A program made the position numbers and the translations under genes. From positions 49,095 to 113,094 of the forward strand of contig CAZRNR010000001.1 in the NCBI GenBank assembly GCA_964601505.1: DNA of 64,000 nt, written 5' to 3'. Below the pieces are notes generated by a model. That model was not told the origin of the DNA. It ran no database searches and saw only the letters and a list, made by a program, of their open reading frames with translations. Shown here one piece after another: positions 49,537 through 58,617 of the stretch. This stretch comes from an uncultured bacterium (GTDB lineage Bacteria; Calescibacteriota; Calescibacteriia; Calescibacteriales; Calescibacteriaceae). Numbering within the stretch: position 1 is the first letter of the stretch; each line of letters starts with the position of its first letter.

Positions 49537-50196
49537 CTATATTTTTTTATTTTTCATTATAGTTTCTTGCTTTTCCCTGAAAAATCCAATAATTTCCAAA
49601 AAGGTATCTTCTGAATAATTTCTCTTGTATTTCCTAAGAAGATCTATTACAAAATTTGCCTCGATGGGTTTTATCTGTGTTCTAAAGTAGGAGAGCCAAA
49701 ACGAAACAAACTGTGTTACATTCTGAGGTTTATCTGTTATTTTTGAAGATTCAAAATCAATGAGAACCGGTTTATTTTTTGAAACTATGATATTTGTATA
49801 TGGTCTATGCATTTCATCTTTAGATATGTTGAGTTTATCTAATTGTCTTGCCTGCATTAATATTTCTTCAAGAATATTTTGAAGTATTGGGCTAGGAGAG
49901 TTAAAAAACTCTTTTAGATGAGTTCCCTCTATAAACTCAGTAATTATAAAATCAAAACCATAAAGCAGCAGCTTTGGACCTATGTTTTTGATATTCACCC
50001 TTTCTATTATTTCTCCCTCTTTTCTGATTTTTTCAGAAAGGCTTGGTATTCGTGCTATTTTTATAATTACATCTTTCTCTTTGAACTCCCCCTTATATAT
50101 TTTTCCCCTCCAGCCTTCCTTGAGGAATTTGCAGTTTTTTATCTTATTGTTAAGAAGTAAGTTTTCTCCCCTTTCGGGTAGAAATTTTGAAGTCAT
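49537..50196 (-). CDS. Small APH/choline-kinase-like (ePK-fold) kinase
   Basis: Gly-rich loop 'GWRGKIYKG', 'IIKIAR' lysine, catalytic 'HRPYTNIIV' (Brenner-type H.D....N) and 'LIDFES' (the IDxE of APH/ChoK/KdkA/ThiK families). 219 aa. Confidence 0.45.
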   Translation of the reverse strand: MTSKFLPERGENLLLNNKIKNCKFLKEGWRGKIYKGEFKEKDVIIKIARIPSLSEKIRKEGEIIERVNIKNIGPKLLLYGFDFIITEFIEGTHLKEFFNSPSPILQNILEEILMQARQLDKLNISKDEMHRPYTNIIVSKNKPVLIDFESSKITDKPQNVTQFVSFWLSYFRTQIKPIEANFVIDLLRKYKRNYSEDTFLEIIGFFREKQETIMKNKKI

Positions 50197-50480
50197 TCAA
50201 TAAACTTTTTTGCAAGAATAGACTTAACTAGCTCTTCTGTAAGGGACTTTGCTATTTCTGCATTACTTGCAGTAGGTTTGGGTTCAATGTTTCTTTCCTT
50301 CTCTATGGAAGCAAGAATCTTTGGAACAAATTCTCTGAGTATTTTAGCTTCTTCTGATATCGTGGTTCGTTCTGTCTTTATTACGCTTTCCCCATAACTA
50401 ACTTTCCTGATGTTTCTGTTATGTAAAGAATCAGTTTTCGGGACTCCCCCCGTTCCTTTTATTTTTATTTCGTCCGCCAT
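50193..50480 (-). CDS. Hypothetical 95-aa protein
   Basis: Overlaps the kinase-like gene start (ATGA), which suggests co-translation. No motif recognised. Confidence 0.35.
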   Translation of the reverse strand: MADEIKIKGTGGVPKTDSLHNRNIRKVSYGESVIKTERTTISEEAKILREFVPKILASIEKERNIEPKPTASNAEIAKSLTEELVKSILAKKFIE

Positions 50481-50543
50481 GACTTTATCTCCTTGTATTT
50501 ATATTCGGAAATTTTAAAAAATTTTTTAACGTTTTTTTTCTTT

Positions 50544-51332
50544 TTAGGAAATATTGTGATCTAAAGGACCGAACCCTTTACCTATGTTTAGAGATCTCTC
50601 AATGGCAAGTTGTAGAAAAGCTCTTGCTGACCTTATCGCTGTAATTACATCATTACCTTTTCCTATATTTGCACATATTGCTGCCGAAAAAGTACAACCT
50701 GTTCCATGTGTATTTTTTGTATTCACACGAGGATAAACCATCTTAGTAATCTCTCTATTGAAATATATTATATCAACCACTGAATCCTGATAAAAGTTTA
50801 TATGCCCACCCTTTAATACGACACATTTAGCTCCAAGACTATGGATGAATTTGGCGCAATCTATCATATCTTTTTCACTTTTTATCTCCATACCTGATAT
50901 TTTTTCTGCCTCGTACTTATTGGGAGTTATTATCAGACTTAGTGGAAGAAGTTCCTTTGAGAGAAGTTCAATTGCTTCTTCTTTCAGTAAAGCATACCCA
51001 CTCTTTGAGAACATAACAGGATCTAATACGAGCTTTTCTATTTTAAAATCCTTTACAGCTTTCAGAACATTGTATATTATTTGAGGATTTGAAAGCATTC
51101 CTATTTTTGCGGAGTCAATACCAATATCTTCAGCTACTGCTCTTATTTGTTCATACACTACTTCCCCTGGTAAATCTACTATTTTGAAGACTCCACAGGT
51201 GTTTTGAACAGTTATAGATGTTATAGCTGTCATACCGTAGACTTTCAAGGCAGAAAAGGTTTTTAGGTCGGCCTGTATGCCAGCTCCTCCGCTACTGTCA
51301 CTTCCTGCTATTGTCAAACATCTTGTTATCAT
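50544..51332 (-). CDS. thiD: Hydroxymethylpyrimidine/phosphomethylpyrimidine kinase
   Basis: Opens 'LTIAGSDSSGGAGIQADLKT'. 262 aa, ribokinase-like. Confidence 0.9.
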   Translation of the reverse strand: MITRCLTIAGSDSSGGAGIQADLKTFSALKVYGMTAITSITVQNTCGVFKIVDLPGEVVYEQIRAVAEDIGIDSAKIGMLSNPQIIYNVLKAVKDFKIEKLVLDPVMFSKSGYALLKEEAIELLSKELLPLSLIITPNKYEAEKISGMEIKSEKDMIDCAKFIHSLGAKCVVLKGGHINFYQDSVVDIIYFNREITKMVYPRVNTKNTHGTGCTFSAAICANIGKGNDVITAIRSARAFLQLAIERSLNIGKGFGPLDHNIS

Positions 51333-51334
51333 TA

Positions 51335-51937
51335 TTATGTTATCTCAAAGACTATATATTTTTTTTCTCCTTGCTTGTATAAGACTTTCACTTTACCATC
51401 AAAATCATTGAATATATATATTGGTAGTTTCTTCCCGCTCTTTTTCTTCTCAGTCTCCTCGAGAATGATTATGGCATCGTCTATAGAAATAGGCTTTTCT
51501 ATTTTCACCCTGGCCCTATCTATCTGTATTTCTTGAGATTCTTCTTCAGGTTGGTCATGAATTTCCTCTGTTATAGATATTTCTCTTTTACTTTTCATGG
51601 CTTCCCTTATGATCTTTTCGAAATCCGTTTTGAGTTTTTCTATCTGCCTTTCTATCTCGTAAGCTAACTTATCTATAACAGCTCTCACGTCTTCTCCTTC
51701 ATCCTCTGAATATATTGGGGGAAGATTGCTTTTTTTTACCGTAAGTATGACCTCGATTGATTTACTATCTCCTTCCTTTTTGGATATAAGGTAGATATTC
51801 GTACTCTCTCTTATACCTTCTGGGATCTTTAATATCACCTTGGAGAACTTCTCTCTGAAGTAATCCTTTATATACTCAGTTATCTTAGAATTCCTTGCTA
51901 TAAAAAATACTTTTACTCCATCTATTACTTCCTCCAT
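51335..51937 (-). CDS. hpf: Ribosome hibernation promoting factor (long HPF)
   Basis: N-terminal S30AE-like pattern. The C-terminal domain 'KPISIDDAIIILEE...LPIYIFNDFDGKVKVLYKQGEKKYIVFEI' matches the long-HPF C-terminal 'PMSVEEAI..MELLGHDFFVF.NAETG..NVVYRRKDGNYGLIE'. Confidence 0.55.
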   Translation of the reverse strand: MEEVIDGVKVFFIARNSKITEYIKDYFREKFSKVILKIPEGIRESTNIYLISKKEGDSKSIEVILTVKKSNLPPIYSEDEGEDVRAVIDKLAYEIERQIEKLKTDFEKIIREAMKSKREISITEEIHDQPEEESQEIQIDRARVKIEKPISIDDAIIILEETEKKKSGKKLPIYIFNDFDGKVKVLYKQGEKKYIVFEIT

Positions 51938-51940
51938 GTT

Positions 51941-53107
51941 TTATTTTACTCCTTTAACTTTTGGTTTTAGGGAAGAAAATTTTTCAACCTCTTCTGGTTT
52001 TAAAATCTCCCATGTAAAACCTTCTTCCTCTCTTCCAAAGTGCCCATATGTAGCTGTTCTTTCATATATTGGTCTTCTGAGGTCAAGATACTCTATAATA
52101 TCTTTGGGTTTGAGTTTAAAGGTTTCCTTAACTACCTTTTCTATTTTTTCATCTGAGACTTTTGATGTTCCAAAGGTTTCAATTGTGATATGAACTGGGT
52201 CAGCGATTCCAATAATGTATGTTAGGCAAACCTCGCACTTTTTTGCGATTTTTGATGCCACTATTGTTTTAGCAATTTTTCTCGCCATATAATTTGCGGA
52301 TCTATCTACTTTTGTGGGATCTTTCCCTGAAAATGCTCCTCCACCATGTTTTGCATGACCGCCGTATGTATCTACAACTATTTTCCTACCAGTTAACCCA
52401 GCATCCCCAAGTGGACCACCTATGACGAATCTCCCTGTCGGATTAACAAAGTAGTTTGTTCCAACTAAAAGTTCACTTGGTATAACTTTCTTGATCACTT
52501 CTTCTATAACAAATTCTTTTAGGTCTTGATATTTTATATCCTCTGCATGTTGTGTTGAAACAACAATAGTATGAACTCTTATAGGTCTCCCGTTTTCATA
52601 TTCTATGGTCACTTGACTTTTACCATCTGGTCTAAGGAATGGTGCTTTCCCACTTTTTCTTACATTAGCTAATTCCCTTACTATCTTGTGAGCGAACGAA
52701 ATCGTCATCGGCATAAGTTCTGGTGTTTCATCCACAGCGTAACCAAACATGGTCCCCTGATCACCTGCCCCAATTTCTCCTTCCTGTAGAACACCTCTGG
52801 CTATGTCTGGAGACTGTTTCTCCACACGTATAATTACTTCAGCTGTTCTCCAATCTATTGAGTTCTTCTCGTCTTCATAACCTACATCCTTTATAACCCT
52901 CCTTGCGATTGATTCAAAATCTATCTTTCCAGAAGATGTTATCTCTCCCGTAACAACAACCAAGTTTTTGCTTGCAAGGGTTTCACAAGCAACGCGTGAG
53001 AATTTGTCTTGCCTCAAAAACTCATCTAGTATTGCATCAGATATTTTGTCACAAAGCTTATCTGGATGTCCTTCTGTTACTGACTCTGAGGAAAATAGTT
53101 TTACCAT
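51941..53107 (-). CDS. metK: S-adenosylmethionine synthetase
   Basis: Motifs '[13 protein letters not shown]', 'GAGDQG' and 'GGGAFSGKD'. Confidence 0.95.
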   Translation of the reverse strand: MVKLFSSESVTEGHPDKLCDKISDAILDEFLRQDKFSRVACETLASKNLVVVTGEITSSGKIDFESIARRVIKDVGYEDEKNSIDWRTAEVIIRVEKQSPDIARGVLQEGEIGAGDQGTMFGYAVDETPELMPMTISFAHKIVRELANVRKSGKAPFLRPDGKSQVTIEYENGRPIRVHTIVVSTQHAEDIKYQDLKEFVIEEVIKKVIPSELLVGTNYFVNPTGRFVIGGPLGDAGLTGRKIVVDTYGGHAKHGGGAFSGKDPTKVDRSANYMARKIAKTIVASKIAKKCEVCLTYIIGIADPVHITIETFGTSKVSDEKIEKVVKETFKLKPKDIIEYLDLRRPIYERTATYGHFGREEEGFTWEILKPEEVEKFSSLKPKVKGVK

Positions 53108-53137
53108 AATCTCTTGATTTTAAAATTCGCTTTCCAG

Positions 53138-53557
53138 CTAATCTAATTCTCCAAATATTTTTTTTCTTATTTTATCTTTAAGATTGTTGATCCTTCTTTT
53201 CCCTTCCTCTTTTGCAAATCCCAGCATGACCGCGATAACTTTTTTCGTGTCACCACCGTAGCTCTGTTTCATCCCTTGAAACAGCATATACATGTTTTTT
53301 GCCATATTTAACTGATAATTTATCTTGTTTTTTATATCGCTTATTTTCTGGGAAAAAAAGGAAGATCTGCCTTCTGTTTCTGTCCGAACTTCAGGTTCTC
53401 TTGCCTCTGTAGTTTCTTGATATCTTGTTGCTTGATATATCTCTGTTTTTTCTTCCTGCTTTGTTTCTGTTTGATTATCAGGTTGCGTCTCTGTTGAATT
53501 AGATAATTCTTCTGCTTTGACTTTTTTCTTCGGGCTCCTCTTCTTCTTGCTTTCCAT
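53138..53557 (-). CDS. Hypothetical protein with a disordered acidic N-terminus
   Basis: 139-aa ORF. No motif. Confidence 0.35.
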   Translation of the reverse strand: MESKKKRSPKKKVKAEELSNSTETQPDNQTETKQEEKTEIYQATRYQETTEAREPEVRTETEGRSSFFSQKISDIKNKINYQLNMAKNMYMLFQGMKQSYGGDTKKVIAVMLGFAKEEGKRRINNLKDKIRKKIFGELD

Positions 53558-53655
53558 TTTATTTTCCTCCTTTTTATTTCACGCTTTCAAAATAATTATA
53601 ATTCCCTTTAGATATGATTTTTTCAGTTTTAGATATTTTAGATTGAAGTCGGTTT

Positions 53656-54261
53656 TTATTGTCTCTTTGTAATACCGTTGTATATTATTTCCCAAAATAT
53701 TTTGCCTATTTCTTTAGGAGTGTATCCTTTTTCTTTTGAAAACCAGTGGTATATCCAATTTATCATACCAAGAACAGCAAAACCTATCATTTTAGGTTCT
53801 ATATCATCTCTAATTTTGCCTTCTTTTTGGGCTTCTTCAATTATTTTACGTAGGATGTTTTCATACTTGTCTCTAAATTCTTTTATTTTTGATTGCCATT
53901 TTTTGGGGAGTGCTTTTTGTTCATTGAAAAATACGCTTGCTTTATCTATGTTTTCTGTTAGAACTTCTATATGTTTCTTTATGAATTTTTCCAATTTATT
54001 TTGAGGAGAAGTTTTCTCATCCATTATTTTCGATACGTTTCTAACAAATCTTTCCCCTTCATTTTCGATGAGTTGATATAGTATATCATCTTTACTTTTA
54101 ACCCAATAATATATTGCTCCTTTTTCTATTCCGATTTCATTTGCTATATCTTGGATAGAGGTGGCATTGAAACCTTTTTCCCTGAAGAGTCTCGCTGCTA
54201 CGTTTAGAATTTCGGGTATCCTGTTTTTTCTATAGTTTCTTGTTTCTTCTTGATTACGCAT
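53656..54261 (-). CDS. TetR-family transcriptional regulator
   Basis: N-terminal HTH 'ILNVAARLFREKGFNATSIQDIANEIGIEKGAIYYW'. Confidence 0.8.
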   Translation of the reverse strand: MRNQEETRNYRKNRIPEILNVAARLFREKGFNATSIQDIANEIGIEKGAIYYWVKSKDDILYQLIENEGERFVRNVSKIMDEKTSPQNKLEKFIKKHIEVLTENIDKASVFFNEQKALPKKWQSKIKEFRDKYENILRKIIEEAQKEGKIRDDIEPKMIGFAVLGMINWIYHWFSKEKGYTPKEIGKIFWEIIYNGITKRQ

Positions 54262-54375
54262 TTCTGAAAATAGTCTTGCTGAAAATTTTTTTTATTACAA
54301 ATAATATATTATTTTTTCTATTACATATTTGAAATTTTCGGGAATTTGAATGATTATTCAAGGAGGTAGGTTCTT

Positions 54376-54744
54376 ATGCCAATATATGAATACATATGTA
54401 GGAAATGTGGTTTAAGAAATAGCTTTCTTGTTTATCCTTGGGAAGATGAAAGATTGTCTTGTAAGAGATGTGGAAGTGGGGATATGCAGAAGATAATATC
54501 AAAATTTGCAAAGCTTAGGTCAGATGAGCAGAGAATTGAAAGTACAGTTGAAGACGCAATGAGAAGTGTAGACCTGAATAATCCTGATAGTATAAAAAGC
54601 TGGATGAGGAAAACATTAAAGGATTATCAGGACGAGATAGGTTCGGATGTGGATATAGATGAAGCTGTTGAGAGTATTAGTGAGGAGATAGGAAAGGGAG
54701 AAGGAGAAGAATCGGAAGCTGAGAGCCAATCTGAAGATTATTGA
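54376..54744 (+). CDS. FmdB-family zinc-ribbon protein
   Basis: 'MPIYEYICRKCG...SCKRCGSG', then an acidic tail. Confidence 0.6.
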   Translation: MPIYEYICRKCGLRNSFLVYPWEDERLSCKRCGSGDMQKIISKFAKLRSDEQRIESTVEDAMRSVDLNNPDSIKSWMRKTLKDYQDEIGSDVDIDEAVESISEEIGKGEGEESEAESQSEDY

Positions 54745-54963
54745 TTATTTTGTTTTGGATTCTCTGAAAAATTCAAAGAGAATCCTCACAAAGAATATTG
54801 TAAGAATGACTGCAACTGGGAACAACGCAAATGCTCCTGATATGTGTTCATCTTCTATTGTTCTGGCATACATCAAAACCCCGAATATAACTATGGTAAT
54901 AGGTAGAGCGTAAGCTATGGAGCTAAGTATAAAACTAAAATATTTATTTCTGTTTTCGCTCAT
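54745..54963 (-). CDS. Small membrane protein (two TM helices)
   Basis: 72-aa hydrophobic ORF. Weak support. Confidence 0.3.
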   Translation of the reverse strand: MSENRNKYFSFILSSIAYALPITIVIFGVLMYARTIEDEHISGAFALFPVAVILTIFFVRILFEFFRESKTK

Positions 54964-55048
54964 GGAATAGTTTAAATATTATATAAAAGGTTAATATTAC
55001 TCAATGAAGGATTGTTAAATTTTGTAAAAGAATGATTATTATACAGTT

Positions 55049-55921
55049 ATGAATCTGAACATAACTGATAAGGATATAAAAGATGCGATAGAGAAAGTGC
55101 CCGCTTTGCCTAATATTATTGTAAGAGCACTCGAAAAAATCAGGAATCCAACTTCTTCTGCTAAGGATATAGCTGAGGAGATTGCAAAAGACCCGATACT
55201 TTCATTGGATATTTTAAAAATAGCTAATTCTCCGATATATGGTTTTTCAAGAAGAATATCATCCCTGGAGCATGCTATATCTTTGCTAGGATTTAAATCG
55301 GTTGAATCGGTAATATTATCTGCTTACTCAAAAAGTGTTTACAATGTTGAACTGAGAAATTTTAAGATAAAGAGGGGGGAACTTAGCTTGCAATCTTTTC
55401 TTGGAGCATATATATCAAAAATCTTGAGTAGGAAATTTTTCCCTGATGTTGAAGAAATATCTTTCACAGCCTCTGTTATGAGGAACCTTGGAAAGATAAG
55501 TATGGATTTTATCCTTTCAAAACATATCGAGAGGGTAAAAGCAGAACTTATGTATGATAAAGATTTTCAAAGAGTGGAAAAGAAGGTTGTGGGTTTTACG
55601 AGTTCTGAACTCACTTTAATAATCCTTGAAATGTGGAAGGTTCCAGAGGATATAAAATTTATAGTCTCAAAGTTTAATAAGCTCAACATCATTAAAGATA
55701 AGAATAGTAATTCATACAAGGCCTGTGTAAGTGTTCATGTTGGAGATAGGGTAGCTCAGATGACAGGAGTTGGTGCGGGAATTGATAATTTATCATATGA
55801 GATAGATCAGGAAATATTTAAATTTACAAAGATAAGACAAGATGACATAGAAGAACTTCTTCAGGAAGCTGTAAAAGCTTATCCGAAGTTAGAGTCTGAA
55901 TTGAAGGAAACCATTATATGA
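55049..55921 (+). CDS. HDOD-domain signalling protein
   Basis: Motif 'DPILSLDILKIANSPIYGFSRRISSLEHAISLLGFKSV', typical of HDOD. Confidence 0.7.
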   Translation: MNLNITDKDIKDAIEKVPALPNIIVRALEKIRNPTSSAKDIAEEIAKDPILSLDILKIANSPIYGFSRRISSLEHAISLLGFKSVESVILSAYSKSVYNVELRNFKIKRGELSLQSFLGAYISKILSRKFFPDVEEISFTASVMRNLGKISMDFILSKHIERVKAELMYDKDFQRVEKKVVGFTSSELTLIILEMWKVPEDIKFIVSKFNKLNIIKDKNSNSYKACVSVHVGDRVAQMTGVGAGIDNLSYEIDQEIFKFTKIRQDDIEELLQEAVKAYPKLESELKETII

Positions 55922-56016
55922 GGTTTTGAACGGTACATATTATTTTACTTATAAAACTATACATTTAGGTTTTCAATTTTGCTTCGTTTTAATCTGGAAC
56001 TTTTAAAATAGTTTTT

Positions 56017-58125
56017 ATGAGGACTTCTTCTTTAAATTTGAAGCTTATATCTTTGACGGTAGGAACAATATTGATTGTTATATTTATGTTTAGTGGGCTT
56101 GTGTATGTGAACTTTAGGGAGATATTCAGAAAGCAACTTGTTGATAAGGGTGTACAACTTGCAGATTTTTTAAATAAACATTCATCTATATCCTATGGAA
56201 TAATGGCTGAGGAGAGATTTTTACTTTCGGAAGCAATAAATCTATTTATGAGAGATGAAGACGTTATTTTTGCTTCAGCTATAAATAGGAATGGGGATAT
56301 ATTGGCTTTTAGAACAAAAAACGATAAGATTGTTCCAGATATGTCTTGGTTTATATCAGGTATGGTTTCTGGTAATGTTATTTCTGATAGTAGAAGGATA
56401 ATTGAAAGAACAACTTCAACTGGGGAGGAGGTGATTATTTTCTTTTATCCGGTTAAGAGTGAGGGTTTAATAAAAGAGGAAGGGAGCTCGGTAAAAGGAT
56501 ATACTGTTCTTGTTATGACACTTCAAAATTTCTATAAAGATTTTTCCAGAAGGATTATGAATATAAGTTTTATAATAGGTATCATTACAGTTATAACGAT
56601 TGTGGTGATATCATATCTCATAAGGAGTAACCTTAGGCCATTGATTGAACTGAAGGAGAAGGCGGAGAAAGTTTCAAAAGAGGGGGAACTTAGGGAAAAA
56701 GTAGAGGTTGAAACCGGAGATGAAGTTCAGGAGATAGCTGATTCTTTCTCTCGCATGATAGATATGCTTAAGAACGAAATACATAATATAAAAATAGTAT
56801 CAAAGAAACTTTCAGATATGTCTCATGAAGTTTTTAAAGCTATGGAAAAGATAAATAGCAATACAGGTGAGCAGAATTCAAAAATTCGCCAGATTGAATC
56901 GCTAGTTGATAGTATCCATGAACGTGAGCTCAGTACTGTAACCCATATTGATTCTGTTATCGAAGCTATAGAATCTGTTCTTCGCAGAATAAGTGAAATA
57001 GATGACTCTTTATCTTACATCAGAAATTCCTTGCAGACATTTCCCCAGAAAATGGATGAATTTTCTTCTGGGATACTCGAGCTTAAGAGGGTAGGGGATG
57101 AATTTGGGGAAACGGACAGAATTATTTCAAATGTAGATGATTTTTCAAGAAATTTTAGTGCTGTGAAGAAGGTTTTAGCCGAGGCTTCAGAAGAAGCTCG
57201 GGAGATTAATCTACTTTTTGATGTTGTGAATGAGGGAATTTATCAGATAATTTCTGAATCTGATAACATAAGTTCTTGTGTGATAAACACTCGGAAGCTT
57301 AGAAATGAGCTTTCTGAACTCTTGAGTTCGGCTCAAAAGGAAATAGAAGATATAACCAGTGTAGTTTTTGAATTACTTGATTTTACAGATGATACGAATA
57401 TGCTTGCTATAAACGCATCCATAATAGCGTCCCATGAAAAAGGAGAAAAAGGGAAAGAGTTTGGAGTGGTTGCTGAAGAAATAAAAAAACTATCCCAAGA
57501 CACAGAGAGTAAAATTAGAAATATAAGAGATAAAATCAGGTCAATAAAACAAAAGATTTCATCGGCTTCAAGAATATCTGATGCCAACATTGAGGAGAAA
57601 ATTGTAGATATCTCTAATACAAAAGAAAGTATTTCAGCTGGTATAAATAAGGCTAAGAATATGGTAGAAGATCTAAAGGGAAAGTTTAATAAACTTTTGA
57701 ATGATATAGAGAAATCCGAACAAGGATTATCAACTTTTGATTTTGCTGTGAATTCAATTCGTGATTTATCTCAAAAAATTATCAAGTTTGTTGAAGTTGC
57801 AAGGAGAGATGTTGAGAGAGCCGAGCCAATTGTCAGGGAACTTAATTCTTCTGTCTTAAAAGTGCTAGATGAAATTCAAGGTATAAATGAGAAGATAAAA
57901 AAGGCTACCCCTGCTATAACCAAGTTTACAAGTGAGCTTTTGAGTGTGAAAGAAGAATCAAGATCCCAATTTTCTGAAATAGAAAGTATAAAGGATAAGA
58001 CGAAGGATCTGGGGAACATAATATATGAGATAAATAAAACAGTTATATTTTCACTATCTAAAGTCAAAACTGTTTCGGAATTAGGAGAAAAACTTGAGAC
58101 AATTACGAAGCGCTATAAGACATAA
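56017..58125 (+). CDS. Methyl-accepting chemotaxis protein
   Basis: N-terminal TM, a sensor region, a second TM, a HAMP-like segment, and the signalling-domain core 'TDDTNMLAINASIIASHEKGEKGKEFGVVAEEIKKLSQDTES'. Confidence 0.8.
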   Translation: MRTSSLNLKLISLTVGTILIVIFMFSGLVYVNFREIFRKQLVDKGVQLADFLNKHSSISYGIMAEERFLLSEAINLFMRDEDVIFASAINRNGDILAFRTKNDKIVPDMSWFISGMVSGNVISDSRRIIERTTSTGEEVIIFFYPVKSEGLIKEEGSSVKGYTVLVMTLQNFYKDFSRRIMNISFIIGIITVITIVVISYLIRSNLRPLIELKEKAEKVSKEGELREKVEVETGDEVQEIADSFSRMIDMLKNEIHNIKIVSKKLSDMSHEVFKAMEKINSNTGEQNSKIRQIESLVDSIHERELSTVTHIDSVIEAIESVLRRISEIDDSLSYIRNSLQTFPQKMDEFSSGILELKRVGDEFGETDRIISNVDDFSRNFSAVKKVLAEASEEAREINLLFDVVNEGIYQIISESDNISSCVINTRKLRNELSELLSSAQKEIEDITSVVFELLDFTDDTNMLAINASIIASHEKGEKGKEFGVVAEEIKKLSQDTESKIRNIRDKIRSIKQKISSASRISDANIEEKIVDISNTKESISAGINKAKNMVEDLKGKFNKLLNDIEKSEQGLSTFDFAVNSIRDLSQKIIKFVEVARRDVERAEPIVRELNSSVLKVLDEIQGINEKIKKATPAITKFTSELLSVKEESRSQFSEIESIKDKTKDLGNIIYEINKTVIFSLSKVKTVSELGEKLETITKRYKT

Positions 58126-58616
58126 TGAGAAGTATAGAGGAAAAAATATTAGAAGATATCAATTCTGCAATAATTACATCAAAAAGAGCAAGGGAGCAGG
58201 GTAAAAAGATAGCTTTTACAAACGGCTGCTTTGATATATTACATGCTGGGCATATAAAAACATTCATAGAGGCAAAGAAAAATGCGGATATTCTTTTCGT
58301 TGGAATTAACACCGATGATTCTGTGAGAAAAATAAAGGGAGAAAAAAGACCGGTTATCCCTTTGAGTTTGAGGAAAATTGTTGTTGCTGCTTGTGAATTC
58401 GTAGATTATGTAGTCCCATTTTCAGATGAAACGCCATATAAACTTATAGTTGCTATAGAACCAGATATCATTGTTAAAGGAGAAGATTGGGAAGAAGATA
58501 AAATAGTAGGAGCTGATTTCGTCAAGAGCAAAGGAGGAAAAGTTCTGAGAGTCAAACTTGTTGAAGGTATCTCTACAACAAACATAATCCAAAAGATAAT
58601 AGATACTTTTAAGTGA
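58125..58616 (+). CDS. D-glycero-beta-D-manno-heptose-1-phosphate adenylyltransferase-like (RfaE domain II / cytidylyltransferase family)
   Basis: Motifs 'FTNGCFDILHAGHIKT' (HxGH) and C-terminal 'GISTTNIIQKII'. The start overlaps the MCP stop (TAATG). Confidence 0.75.
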   Translation: MRSIEEKILEDINSAIITSKRAREQGKKIAFTNGCFDILHAGHIKTFIEAKKNADILFVGINTDDSVRKIKGEKRPVIPLSLRKIVVAACEFVDYVVPFSDETPYKLIVAIEPDIIVKGEDWEEDKIVGADFVKSKGGKVLRVKLVEGISTTNIIQKIIDTFK

Positions 58617-58617
58617 T

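Noticed and set aside
50193-50480. 95-aa ORF as anti-sigma-28 factor FlgM
   Set aside because: It is superficially similar in length and disorder, but it lacks the conserved C-terminal sigma-28-binding helix pattern. Left as hypothetical.
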